A stretch of 42,507 nt of DNA from Bacteroidota bacterium (lineage in GTDB: Bacteria; Bacteroidota; Bacteroidia; Bacteroidales; CG2-30-32-10), in contig JAZDMF010000122.1 of the NCBI GenBank assembly GCA_043801235.1, positions 1 through 42,507 of the forward strand. Direction: 5' to 3'. The translations under genes and the position numbers were made by a program. Of the stretch, positions 15,863-23,506 are shown one piece after another; position 1 is the first letter of the stretch; each line of letters starts with the position of its first letter. The notes under the pieces were generated by a model. It worked only from the letters and a program-made list of their open reading frames with translations, was not told the DNA's origin and did no database searches.

Positions 15863-18800
15863 TTATTCACTTTTTTTTTTATTATTCAGAATTTTTAAAA
15901 TAGGAAGAATAACAGTAACACAGGTTCCTTTATCTTTTTCAGACACTATTTTTATTTCGCCCGAACATTGATCGACAAAGCGTTTAACAATAGACAAACC
16001 GAAGCCCGTTCCTTTTATATTTTCCACATTCGACGCCCTGTAAAAAGGTTCATACAGGTGTTTCAGTTCTTCAGAAGGTATTCCGATCCCATAGTCGGTA
16101 ACTTCAAAAACGATTTGGTTATTGCTTTCGGATGCTGAAAAAATAATTTTTCTCGAATTACCACTGTATTTTATAGCATTTGAAATTATATTTCCAATAA
16201 TATGCCTGATAATATCTCTGTCTAAATTATAGTTTACTGCCGGCAGGTCATAGCGGGTAGTAAATCCGAATCCGGGTCCGAAAATCTGGATATTCTCATC
16301 AATCAGGGCATCCAGGAATTCCTTAAGGTCGATCATTGCAGGCTTCAGGGGAATTTTATCACTATGGTCCTTGTCAATGATTGAAACATCGTTCAGCAGG
16401 GTTTTCGTATGGTTAACAGCATCGATGATTTGTTTGAACATTTTCTCCTTTTTTTCATCCGTCCATTTATTATCATAACGCATCAGCAATTGCACACTTG
16501 AGAGAATTCCGGCAAGGGGCGTGCGGAATTCGTGAGAAACAGTGGAAATGAACTGCGCCTTCATTACATTCAGCCCTTTTTCTTTTTCCAGGTTTTTCAT
16601 TATTTCGTTTTCAATTTCCTTGTGCTTGGTAATATCAATAACAGTAACTACAACTCTTATCACTTCATTGTTCAGGAAAACAGGCGATATTTTTCTTTGC
16701 GTATAATATTTTTTTCCGAATACGTCATATTCCGATTCATTAATTACCTGAATGCCTTCTGAAAATACCTGTTCAATATTTCCATAGTCCTCAGTGTCAA
16801 GAAAAGTAAATACATCCTTCATGTACATCCCTAAAAGTTCTCTGCCATCACCACCCCTAGTAAAGATTTTTTTTAAAGAATCATTAGCGAACACTATCCT
16901 GTAATTGCGGTCAATAACATAAATCCAGTCGCTTATTGAATTTACGGTTGTATAATACAATTCCTCCGATCGTGAAAGTTCTTCGGTTCGAACAGTAACC
17001 TGTTTTTCCAAATTATCAAGAGTGTTTTTCAGTTCATTTGAAAGTTTTTTCTTTTCGGTAATATCGCGGGCTATGCCGAATACTTCGATGGGTTGCCCGT
17101 TTTTGTACCGAATCATGCTGTTCATTTCCAGATCGGTCACAGAGCCGAAATTATTTTTAAATTCAACTTCATAAACGGTGTTGGTTTTTTCGCCTTTAAG
17201 TTTTTTTGTTATGTTTTCAAAAGCAATTCCGGCTGTTTCTTCCGATATAAAATTCGTCATATTTCTATTTGAAAGGGCTTCCAGCTTATAACCGAGCAGC
17301 CTTTCGGCGCTGGGGCTAACAGAAGTAAAATTGCCTTTGAAATCCATGGTGTAAATAATATCGTTCGATGTGTCAAAAAGTTCTTTATACTTTTCAAAGG
17401 CTTTATTCATCTCTTCCTCGGCTTTTTTTCGTGCTTCTATATTCCTCATTGAGCCCACAATTCTACAGGGTTTATTTTCTTTGTCATATAAAAATTTTGA
17501 GGTAACCGAACAACGCTGCACACTTCCGTTCTTATCAAGCAGTGAAATTTCAAAATCAATAACAAATCCGTTTTTTGTCATTTCTTCGAAAAATTTTTGT
17601 CGGTCTGAAAAATCAGAATAAAGGCCAAGTATATTCCTGCCAATAAGTTCTTTCCTTTTATACAGGCTTATATTAACTACTGAAGGGCTTACTTCAAGTA
17701 TGATTCCGTCAAGTGTCGCTTCGTAATATACATCCTGAATGTTTTCAAAAATGCTTCTGAATTTTTTTTCGCTTTCCATCAGATCCTTTTCTGCCTGCCT
17801 GCGTTTCAGAGCCACGCCGATACTTTCGCTTATCCTCTCATAAAAATGGATCATATCAAGTGTAAAACAATTTTTTTTATGGTCATTTAATTGCAGAAGG
17901 CCTACAATCTCATTATCCGACCGGATAGGTATCAGCGCCACGGAATGGAAGCCTTCATGAATACATCGGTTCCGCGGATGAAGCCTTATATCTTCGGCAG
18001 CCGGAATGTCCAATATTGGTAATGAGTCATTTGTCCAGGCACTACCTCCTTCCGTAAAAAGAGGCCTTGACGGATCGGTCTTTCCGGATAATACCACACC
18101 GCATGTGCATTCCAGGCAGGGTTTGCCGTTCTCATCCCTGCAAAGCCCGCTTTCATTGCGAATAGTCAACGTATTTTCCGTCAGCAGAAAATCATCAGAA
18201 AAACCTTTCTGGTCAAAATAAGGGAAGTCATCGCCGCTTCTCAGGCGGACACCAACCGCATCGAAACCTGTTTCACGCTTGATCGCTGTGAGAATACTGC
18301 TGATCGTTTCATCAAAAGCAGTTGGCACATTAAGAATGCTCAGAATTTCAGATAAAAGATGTTGCCATCGTTCAGACTGCTTGCGTTCAGTAATGTCTAT
18401 TACTGAATTAACTGAAAATTGGTTACCCTTTAAGGCGATTAATTCAGAAGAGGTTAAGATACTTTTTTTCTCACCGCTTTTTGTTGTAATCTCATTCTCA
18501 ACAAGCCTTAAATATCCTTTACTTACTAACTCTTCACGAAGCTTGTTTCTTGCTTCTGTGTCAATAATTTTTAATTCTTCTACGTTATACCCGACCGCTT
18601 CTTCTCTTGAAAAACCCATTAATTTGCTCCACACATCATTAATTTCAGTGAGTTTTCCGTTGGATACCCTTGCAATACTTACAGCAATTGGACTGGCTCT
18701 AAATATTTTTGCGAAAAGCTCCTCGCTTTCGCGCAGCTCTTCCTCCGCCTGCTTGCGTTCGGTGATGTCAAGAATAGAGACAACACTTTGCTGTGTTTCC

Positions 18801-19885
18801 GGAATCATATTAATATCAAGGAACGAAACACGGATATCACCTTTTCTATTGACGAGTTTAACTTCATATTTTTTTGGTGCAGCAGCGGGATCCTGTCGCC
18901 GGAGATTGTGGTTCTTTATCATTTCCTGCAAACTCTCAGGGGCAACATATTGAGTCCATTTTTGCCCAATAAGTTCTGAAGGAGTATAACCCGTGAGCTG
19001 AAGACACTCGTTGTTTGCCATGATGATAGTACGATCTTCTTCAACAATCAATGTAGCTGTACCGGTTGATTCAAAAATTGCCTGGTACTTTTCATGGCTC
19101 CTGCTAAGTGTTTCTTCCGACAGCTTGCGTTCGGTGATGTCCTGTACTGTACCAAACAATTTTATTACTTTTCCATTTTCATCCTTAACAGGTCTTATTG
19201 TTGAACTATAATATACTTTTCTGCCACTTGGTAATATAGGCTCAATTTCATTGTTGAATTCCAAATTTGAATCTATAGATTGCCGGGTAAAATTTCGTAA
19301 AGCTTCCGCTTGTTTTTCAGTATAGTACTTCGCTTCTTCTTCTACTGTTGGATTACCGAGATTAATATCTCTTTCATACAATTTAAAAACCTGGTCAGAC
19401 CATGTGATATTCTGTGTAAAAATATCGAATTCCCAATTGCCTATTTTTCCAATACTTTGAGCTTCTTTTAACTTTCTCTCGCTCTCACGCAGTATTTCTT
19501 CTGTATGCCTGCGCTCTATTGAATATTGAATAGCTTTTCCAAGCAGGTCGGGAATCAGGCTTTGTTTCGTTATGTAATCCTGTGCGCCTTCTTTGATAAA
19601 CTTTAAAGATAATTCCTCATCTTTCAGACCACTTACCAGAATAACCGGTATGCTGCCACAGCAATCCATTACTTTTTTAAATGTCTGCTGTCCTGTGCTG
19701 TCGGGCAGGTTAAGGTCGAGCAAAATAACATCAAAGTTGTTTTTATGAATTTGTTCGCAACCGTCTTTCAGGGTGCCGGAAGTGAAAAGGTTATAATTAT
19801 AGAGGTTGGACTCCTTAAGCATTTCACTGACTAACCGTACATCGGAAAGATTGTCCTCGATTAAAAGAATGGTGATGATTTTCAT
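15863..19885 (-). CDS. Hybrid sensor histidine kinase: N-terminal REC, multiple PAS, GAF, PAS, HisKA, HATPase_c
   Basis: The N-terminal REC (ILLIEDN..., VILLDLNLPD) is followed by repeated PAS/PAC-type segments ending in ITERK. A GAF-like block comes next, then the H-box STVSHEFRTPL and the N/G boxes (NAIKYS, DYGIGI, GTGFGLS). The likely start is ATG 19885 (MKIITILL), 8 codons inside the ORF-track start. Confidence 0.9.
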   Translation of the reverse strand: MKIITILLIEDNLSDVRLVSEMLKESNLYNYNLFTSGTLKDGCEQIHKNNFDVILLDLNLPDSTGQQTFKKVMDCCGSIPVILVSGLKDEELSLKFIKEGAQDYITKQSLIPDLLGKAIQYSIERRHTEEILRESERKLKEAQSIGKIGNWEFDIFTQNITWSDQVFKLYERDINLGNPTVEEEAKYYTEKQAEALRNFTRQSIDSNLEFNNEIEPILPSGRKVYYSSTIRPVKDENGKVIKLFGTVQDITERKLSEETLSRSHEKYQAIFESTGTATLIVEEDRTIIMANNECLQLTGYTPSELIGQKWTQYVAPESLQEMIKNHNLRRQDPAAAPKKYEVKLVNRKGDIRVSFLDINMIPETQQSVVSILDITERKQAEEELRESEELFAKIFRASPIAVSIARVSNGKLTEINDVWSKLMGFSREEAVGYNVEELKIIDTEARNKLREELVSKGYLRLVENEITTKSGEKKSILTSSELIALKGNQFSVNSVIDITERKQSERWQHLLSEILSILNVPTAFDETISSILTAIKRETGFDAVGVRLRSGDDFPYFDQKGFSDDFLLTENTLTIRNESGLCRDENGKPCLECTCGVVLSGKTDPSRPLFTEGGSAWTNDSLPILDIPAAEDIRLHPRNRCIHEGFHSVALIPIRSDNEIVGLLQLNDHKKNCFTLDMIHFYERISESIGVALKRRQAEKDLMESEKKFRSIFENIQDVYYEATLDGIILEVSPSVVNISLYKRKELIGRNILGLYSDFSDRQKFFEEMTKNGFVIDFEISLLDKNGSVQRCSVTSKFLYDKENKPCRIVGSMRNIEARKKAEEEMNKAFEKYKELFDTSNDIIYTMDFKGNFTSVSPSAERLLGYKLEALSNRNMTNFISEETAGIAFENITKKLKGEKTNTVYEVEFKNNFGSVTDLEMNSMIRYKNGQPIEVFGIARDITEKKKLSNELKNTLDNLEKQVTVRTEELSRSEELYYTTVNSISDWIYVIDRNYRIVFANDSLKKIFTRGGDGRELLGMYMKDVFTFLDTEDYGNIEQVFSEGIQVINESEYDVFGKKYYTQRKISPVFLNNEVIRVVVTVIDITKHKEIENEIMKNLEKEKGLNVMKAQFISTVSHEFRTPLAGILSSVQLLMRYDNKWTDEKKEKMFKQIIDAVNHTKTLLNDVSIIDKDHSDKIPLKPAMIDLKEFLDALIDENIQIFGPGFGFTTRYDLPAVNYNLDRDIIRHIIGNIISNAIKYSGNSRKIIFSASESNNQIVFEVTDYGIGIPSEELKHLYEPFYRASNVENIKGTGFGLSIVKRFVDQCSGEIKIVSEKDKGTCVTVILPILKILNNKKKSE

Positions 19886-19983
19886 CTGTACAAAATTTTG
19901 AATGTGCATAAAATTAACGTGTTGGGAAACATGATTTTTTTGTTACTCGATCCCGCAACCGCAACACTGGCTCGCTCGTGATA

Positions 19984-20421
19984 TTACCGGTTAGGAAGTT
20001 TTACAATTGTGAGCCAGAAATCTTCAATGGATTTAACCACTTCCATGAATTTATTCAGGTCGAGCGGTTTTGTGATATAGCAGTTCGCATGCAGGTTATA
20101 AGTTTTCAGAATATCTTCTTCTGCTTTTGAAATTGTCAAAATAACCACCGGTATCCTTTTCAGGTCATCGTCTTCTTTTATTTCCGCAAGAACTTCACGT
20201 CCGTCTTTTTTTGGCAGGTTAAGATCAAGAATGATCAGGTCGGGACGGGGAGCATCTTTATAATCATTTTTCCTGAAAAGAAAATCGGTTGCCTGTACGC
20301 CGTCATACACAATATGAATTTTGTTTTTGACTTTACTATCTTTCAATGATTCCTGTGCCAGCCGGGCATCGCCGGGGTTGTCTTCTATCAGAAGAATGTC
20401 AATAATTTTTAAGTTTTCCAT
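19984..20421 (-). CDS. Stand-alone receiver-domain response regulator (Rcp1/CheY-like)
   Basis: This is a 145-aa REC-only protein with ILLIEDNPGD, the phospho-acceptor context LIILDLNLPKKDG and CYITKP. Confidence 0.9.
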   Translation of the reverse strand: MENLKIIDILLIEDNPGDARLAQESLKDSKVKNKIHIVYDGVQATDFLFRKNDYKDAPRPDLIILDLNLPKKDGREVLAEIKEDDDLKRIPVVILTISKAEEDILKTYNLHANCYITKPLDLNKFMEVVKSIEDFWLTIVKLPNR

Positions 20422-20447
20422 TTTTTATGATTTTTGATTAATGTAAC

Positions 20448-20535
20448 TCTTTACCACGGAGGCACGGATTACACGGAGGTTCACGGAGAAAAACGCTCTG
20501 TGTTTCTCTGTGTAATCTGTGTCTCAGTGGTTTTT
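20448..20535. repeat. Word-array hairpin flanking GxxExxY cassette 2 (3' side of the gene)
   Basis: The left arm has CACGGAG/CACGGAT/CACGGAG/CACGGAG starting at 20455, 20463, 20472, 20482 (spacing 8-9-10). The right arm has CTCTGTG/CTCTGTG/ATCTGTG/CTCAGTG starting at 20496, 20506, 20515, 20523 (spacing 10-9-8). On the plus strand three of the four helices need one G:T wobble. The element begins TTTACCAC and ends CAGTGG followed by a T run. Confidence 0.9.
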
Positions 20536-20946
20536 TTATTCTTTAGGCAATTTTGCAAACATTTCAGTAACAAGTGAAACTAAATGTTCTTTAATATTTT
20601 CACAATTAAAATTTATTAATAATCCTTTAGGTTTTCCTGTAAGTTTCAAATACGATAAAAGTTGCGCTTTGTATAACGGAATCATTATTTCTACTGCTTT
20701 CTCTTCAACAATAATTAAATCGTTTACAACTAAATCAAGTTTTAAAATTCCGCCCAAATCTTTTCCTTTATAGTGTACAGGAACATATATTTGTGACTTT
20801 ACAGATAATCCAGCGCTTCTCATTTCATCAATAAAACAGATATCATAAACCGATTCGAGCAAGCCTGGACCAAGGTGTTTGTGCACTTCAATAGCACAAC
20901 CAATTATCTTATATGAAATTTCATTTATGTGTTTTTGTGTAATCAT
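20536..20946 (-). CDS. GxxExxY family protein (PD-(D/E)xK nuclease-like fold), second copy
   Basis: This 136-aa ORF has LGPGLLESVY and LDLVVNDLIIVEEKAV. It is about 71% identical to 2213-2626. Confidence 0.85.
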   Translation of the reverse strand: MITQKHINEISYKIIGCAIEVHKHLGPGLLESVYDICFIDEMRSAGLSVKSQIYVPVHYKGKDLGGILKLDLVVNDLIIVEEKAVEIMIPLYKAQLLSYLKLTGKPKGLLINFNCENIKEHLVSLVTEMFAKLPKE

Positions 20947-20958
20947 ATCGTTTTTATT

Positions 20959-21046
20959 TATTTACCACTGAGGTACAGAGAGCACGGAGGTACACGGAGA
21001 AATTCTCTGTGGTTCTCTATGCTCTCCGTGTCTCCGTGGTTTTTTA
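20959..21046. repeat. Word-array hairpin flanking GxxExxY cassette 2 (5' side of the gene)
   Basis: The left arm has CACTGAG/TACAGAG/CACGGAG/CACGGAG starting at 20966, 20974, 20983, 20993 (8-9-10). The right arm has CTCTGTG/CTCTATG/CTCCGTG/CTCCGTG starting at 21005, 21015, 21024, 21032 (10-9-8). It has the same ends as 20448-20535 (TTTACCAC... ...CGTGGTTTTTT) and abuts the kinase stop codon at 21047. Confidence 0.9.
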
Positions 21047-22729
21047 TCATTTTTTTAATGTAAAATAAAAAGTTGTTCCTTCATTTTCTTTCGATTCAAA
21101 CCATATTCTTCCGCCATGCCTTTCAATGATACGTTTGCATATTGAAAGACCTATGCCCGTTCCGGTATATTCTTCTTTGGAATGCAGGCGCTGAAAAATA
21201 GTAAATACCTTGTCATGATATTGCATATCTATTCCGATACCATTATCCCTGACGGCAAACTCATAAAAATCATTTTTCGTTTTACAGGAAATATGAATCT
21301 TAGGCAATTCGGGTTTCTTTTTATATTTGATTGCATTTTCAATAAGGTTCTGAAAAACACGCCCAATCTGTGATTCATCAACATTCAAAACTGGCAACTC
21401 TTCGTTTGTGACCAAAGCTGTGTTCGATGTTATCATTTGGTGAAGGTTCGAAACAGCCTGCCCAAGAATCAGGGAAATATCAACCCTTGTGAATTCCTTT
21501 CCCTGCGAAGATATCCTTGAATAGTCAAGCAGGTCGTTAATCAGTTTTTGCATCCGGCTTGCTCCTTCAACTGCATATTGAATAAAATCGTTTGCATCCT
21601 GGTCCAATTTGTCTTTGTATCTTCTTTCAAGCAATTGTGTATAGCTCGATACCATTCTTAACGGCTCCTGCAAATCGTGCGAAGCTACATAGGCAAATTG
21701 TTCCAGTTCCTGGTTTGAGCGCTGCAAATCAGCCAGAGCATTCATGAGTTGTTCTTCAGCTTCCCTTTCTTTTGTTACATCAAGGTTTGTTGACTGATAC
21801 CCGATAAGCTCACCATCTGCATTTCGAAGACTTGATGCAAATCCACGGGAGATAAAGGTTCTTCCATCAAATGTCTTAGCTTTAAATTCGCCTTCCCATG
21901 CATCATATTTTGCCAGCGCTTCAAGCACAGGAGTTGCATCAGCTGGATTGGCGAAGAATGAACCAACGCTTTTACCGATAGCTTCATCTATGTTAGAATA
22001 GCCCCACATTTTCAGGAACGATGGGTTCACGTGTGTAATTATTCCTGCGCTGTCGGCGATACTCTGGGAAGCAATTGAATCATCAAACACTTTATTTTTA
22101 ATTCGCAGGTCGGCTTCGGCTTGCTTGCGCTCGTTTAATAATTTATTAAGTTCTTCATTAGTAATGATTAACCTTTCCCTTTCCCTTTCCCTTTCCCTTT
22201 CCCTTTCCTTCTTAGCAATGATCAACTCTGTTGCGCGTTTTGCCTTTTCTTTGTTGGCAATGATTAGTTCGGCAGCACGTTTCTCTTTTTCTTTGTTGGC
22301 AATGATCAATTCAGCAGCACGTTTTTCTTTTTCTTTGTTTTGAAAGGCAAGTTCTTTGTTGGCTATTATTAACTCTGCAGCACGTTTCTCTTTTTCTTTG
22401 TTCTGAAATACAAGTTCTTTGTTAGCAATGATTAGTTCGGCAGCACGTTTTTCTTTCTCTTTATTTTGAAAAGCGAGTTCTTTGTTGGCAATGATTAGTT
22501 CGGCAGCACGTTTTGCTTTCTGTTTATTTTTAAAGGCAAGTTCTTTGTTGGCAATGATTAACTCTGCTGCCCATTTTTCTTTCTCTTCGTTTTGAAAGGC
22601 AATGTCTTTATTGGCGCGTTCGAGGAGTTCCTGTGTAATCTTTAATTTTTCTTCACTTTCTTTCAGCCTGTTTACTTCCTGCTCCAGTTTCTGCAAGTCG
22701 TTTATAAGTTCTTCTCTGGTTTTGCTCAT
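21047..22729 (-). CDS. Sensor histidine kinase: coiled-coil tandem repeats, PAS, HisKA, HATPase_c
   Basis: The H-box FAYVASHDLQEPLRMV and the boxes NAIKY, DNGIGI and GTGIGLS are present, with one PAS-like segment. The N-terminal 190 aa are dominated by repeats of AAELIIANKELAFQNKEKEKR. Confidence 0.9.
   Translation of the reverse strand: MSKTREELINDLQKLEQEVNRLKESEEKLKITQELLERANKDIAFQNEEKEKWAAELIIANKELAFKNKQKAKRAAELIIANKELAFQNKEKEKRAAELIIANKELVFQNKEKEKRAAELIIANKELAFQNKEKEKRAAELIIANKEKEKRAAELIIANKEKAKRATELIIAKKERERERERERERLIITNEELNKLLNERKQAEADLRIKNKVFDDSIASQSIADSAGIITHVNPSFLKMWGYSNIDEAIGKSVGSFFANPADATPVLEALAKYDAWEGEFKAKTFDGRTFISRGFASSLRNADGELIGYQSTNLDVTKEREAEEQLMNALADLQRSNQELEQFAYVASHDLQEPLRMVSSYTQLLERRYKDKLDQDANDFIQYAVEGASRMQKLINDLLDYSRISSQGKEFTRVDISLILGQAVSNLHQMITSNTALVTNEELPVLNVDESQIGRVFQNLIENAIKYKKKPELPKIHISCKTKNDFYEFAVRDNGIGIDMQYHDKVFTIFQRLHSKEEYTGTGIGLSICKRIIERHGGRIWFESKENEGTTFYFTLKK
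22160..22624 (-). repeat. In-frame tandem repeats (63-nt and 42-nt units) encoding the ELIIANKELAFQN(K/E)EKEKRAA motif
   Basis: About five 21-aa units and three shortened 14-aa units (AAELIIANKEKEKR) are read directly in the translation, aa 36-190. The DNA units are highly similar, for example the recurring GCAATGATTAGTTCGGCAGCACGTTT. Confidence 0.9.
22172..22207 (-). repeat. Hexanucleotide microsatellite (CCTTTC)6 encoding (ER)6
   Basis: Six perfect CCTTTC units are seen on the plus strand. On the coding strand they read GAAAGG x6, giving ERERERERERER. Confidence 0.95.
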
Positions 22730-22948
22730 GACATTTAATTTTACTTTGAAAAAGGATCAGCGGATTTTAAGATTCATGTACATTTAATTTATTTAAAAAG
22801 ATTGTGCTCTCTGAGAATATCAATTTCGCTTTTAACTCTTTTTCAAAAGTTAAAATTTTATAATGGTAAGCCGAAATTCAAAAAAATATTTACAAAGTTA
22901 ATTGCAAATCAGGTATTTTCTGTCAGTATAAATACTGAATTCTCTAAA

Positions 22949-22975
22949 ATAAAAAAAGCTGCTCTATGGCAGCTT
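22949..22975 (-). terminator. Rho-independent terminator of the small lipoprotein gene
   Basis: On the minus strand the stem AAGCTGC (22975-22969) pairs with GCAGCTT (22962-22956) around a 6-nt loop. A T run follows (plus-strand A run 22949-22955). It starts 24 nt downstream of the stop at 22999. Confidence 0.8.
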
Positions 22976-22998
22976 CATAAAATCATTATTAATCTTTT

Positions 22999-23376
22999 TT
23001 ACTCGAAGGTAAAATTTTCAATATATGCTTCAAGTAATCCCTTTCCCCCAATACCAATAACGGCTTCTCCTGATATTACTGAGTTTCCGGGAATGCCTTT
23101 ATTACTGCGTTCAACAAAAGTGTAAGAAACCCAATTGACGTTCAGGGCTTTTACAGTGAACACATAACTGTGGATATCGGTAAAGTCATTATTTACCACT
23201 GAATAGTACACATGAAGGTTTTCGGGAATAAAATTCATTCCAAACTGAATCGTATCCTGTCGCAGACTGTCAATTCTTATTTCAGCATTGTATGGTTCGG
23301 CACCTTCTTCTTTTTCGCAGGATGCAAAAAAAACAAAGAGGGCAATTAATAAAAACGGAGTAAATATTTTTTTCAT
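22999..23376 (-). CDS. Hypothetical small lipoprotein
   Basis: MKKIFTPFLLIALFVFFASCEKEE gives a signal peptide plus a lipobox Cys. I prefer the ATG at 23376 to the TTG at 23394. Confidence 0.55.
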   Translation of the reverse strand: MKKIFTPFLLIALFVFFASCEKEEGAEPYNAEIRIDSLRQDTIQFGMNFIPENLHVYYSVVNNDFTDIHSYVFTVKALNVNWVSYTFVERSNKGIPGNSVISGEAVIGIGGKGLLEAYIENFTFE

Positions 23377-23506
23377 ATCAAATAGTTTATACAAATAAAA
23401 AAAAATTCTGTACGGAAAAAAAACTCAACGCAGCAAATATATGAAAATATTATTTAAAAACAATACCCCTTCAAAAACAAAAATTGCCTTTAAATCTTCT
23501 TAAACC

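Noticed and set aside
18279-18953. A 224-aa plus-strand ORF antisense to the hybrid kinase, plus similar antisense ORFs at 6140-6490, 9499-9978, 28661-29101, 32173-32601 and 34780-35199
   Set aside because: They are Ser/Leu/Ile-rich low-complexity translations lying fully inside strongly supported genes on the other strand. This is typical of antisense frames in AT-rich DNA.
22125-22343. A plus-strand ORF encoding SLSLSLSLSF... and repeated LLAMINSAARFSFS
   Set aside because: It is the mirror image of the (GAAAGG)6 microsatellite and of the 63-nt coding repeats of the kinase gene, so its repetitiveness is inherited rather than independent.
22802-23125. A 107-aa plus-strand ORF in the spacer after the kinase gene
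   Set aside because: It overlaps the 3' part of the minus-strand lipoprotein gene and runs through its rho-independent terminator (22949-22975). It has no recognisable motif.
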